The position numbers were made by a program, and so were the translations under genes. Of a stretch of 64,000 nt of DNA, positions 63,341 through 64,000 are shown piece by piece. How positions within the stretch are numbered: the stretch's first letter is position 1; every line of letters starts with the position of its first letter. A model generated the notes under the pieces. That model was not told the DNA's origin, did no database searches, and saw only the letters and a program-made list of their open reading frames with translations. Origin of the DNA: Chiloscyllium plagiosum (Eukaryota); the NCBI RefSeq assembly GCF_004010195.1, contig NC_057749.1:22949886-23013885 (forward strand), given 5' to 3'.

Positions 63341-63559
63341 GTGTGTGTTTTTTTTATATGCTATCATAGCTATTAGTGAAAACATGGTTACATCCTTCTG
63401 GTTACAAGGCTTTCAGAAGAGATGGCGAAGGGTATAATAATGGAGGAGGGATTACACCAATAAAAGTCAGATGATATTGTAGAAAGTGGATCAAATGAGG
63501 TCACATGGTTAAAACTAATGAATTAAAAAGCAGAACAATCACACAGTTAGGCATGAGGC

Positions 63560-64000
63560 CGAATGGTTAGAGAGAGCAGACAGTCTTCTCCGCTTTATAA
63601 ATAGGGGCATAGAGTACAAGAGCAGGGGGTGATGTTGAACGTCTACAAGACCCTTGTTTAACCTCAGCTGGAGTATTGTGTACAGTTCTAAGCACCACAT
63701 TATAGGAAGGACATGAAAGCATTGGAAACAATGCAGAAGGGCTTTACAAGAATGGTTCCACAGGTGAGGAACTTCAGTGATGAGGCTAGATTGAAGACGT
63801 TGGGACTGTTCTCCTTGGAGCGAAGAAGGCTAAGGGGGAGATCTGAGAGAGGTTTTCAAAATCATGAGTGGGCAGGATAGAGTTGACAGGGAGAAGCTGT
63901 TACCACTCATAAAAAGAAACAAGAACAAAAGGGGCATAGATTTATAGCAAAGTGCAGAGGCACCAAGGGTAATGTGAGGAAAAAAAAATGTTTACACAAG
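63560..64000 (+). mobile_element. older CR1 fragment running off the window
   Basis: cctcagctggagtattgtgtacagttc (PQLEYCVQF) and LERRRLRGDL. Confidence 0.85.

Noticed and set aside
881..63437. The many 60-214 aa ORFs as host genes
   Set aside because: Those with recognisable motifs are CR1, Rex, PLE or SINE-derived fragments with stops and frameshifts. The rest lack any recognisable domain.

Overview
Vertebrate, repeat-dominated, apparently intronic or intergenic DNA. It is very probably from a shark or other elasmobranch, inferred from abundant HE1-like V-SINEs and their HER1/CR1 partner LINE. No intact host protein-coding gene, rRNA, true tRNA gene or CRISPR array is supportable; almost all listed ORFs are TE fragments or spurious. 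Contents: about 25 CR1 (HER1-like) fragments, about 14 HE1-like SINEs, a second CR1/L2-group LINE, Rex1/Babar, L2 tails, a decayed RTE LINE, a decayed Gypsy integrase, solo-LTR-like elements, Penelope-like elements (PLEs; Poseidon-type and Neptune-type with GIY-YIG endonuclease) and a 281-nt N gap. The most notable signal is a set of minimal type-I hammerhead ribozyme motifs (CUGANGA...GAAA-NN-UH) belonging to four clear and one tentative PLE-end family. They sit either in ~80-150 bp solo tails or in fold-back elements, many with 9-14 bp target-site duplications (TSDs). Other oddities: a VNTR-containing composite retroelement, a 120-bp inverted templated insertion inside a SINE, a retroposed 3'UTR-like fragment with a 15-bp TSD, a ~289-bp tandem duplication and several TE-free, CpG-retaining islands that may be conserved enhancers. 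Coordinates were read by eye, and TE boundaries are approximate.
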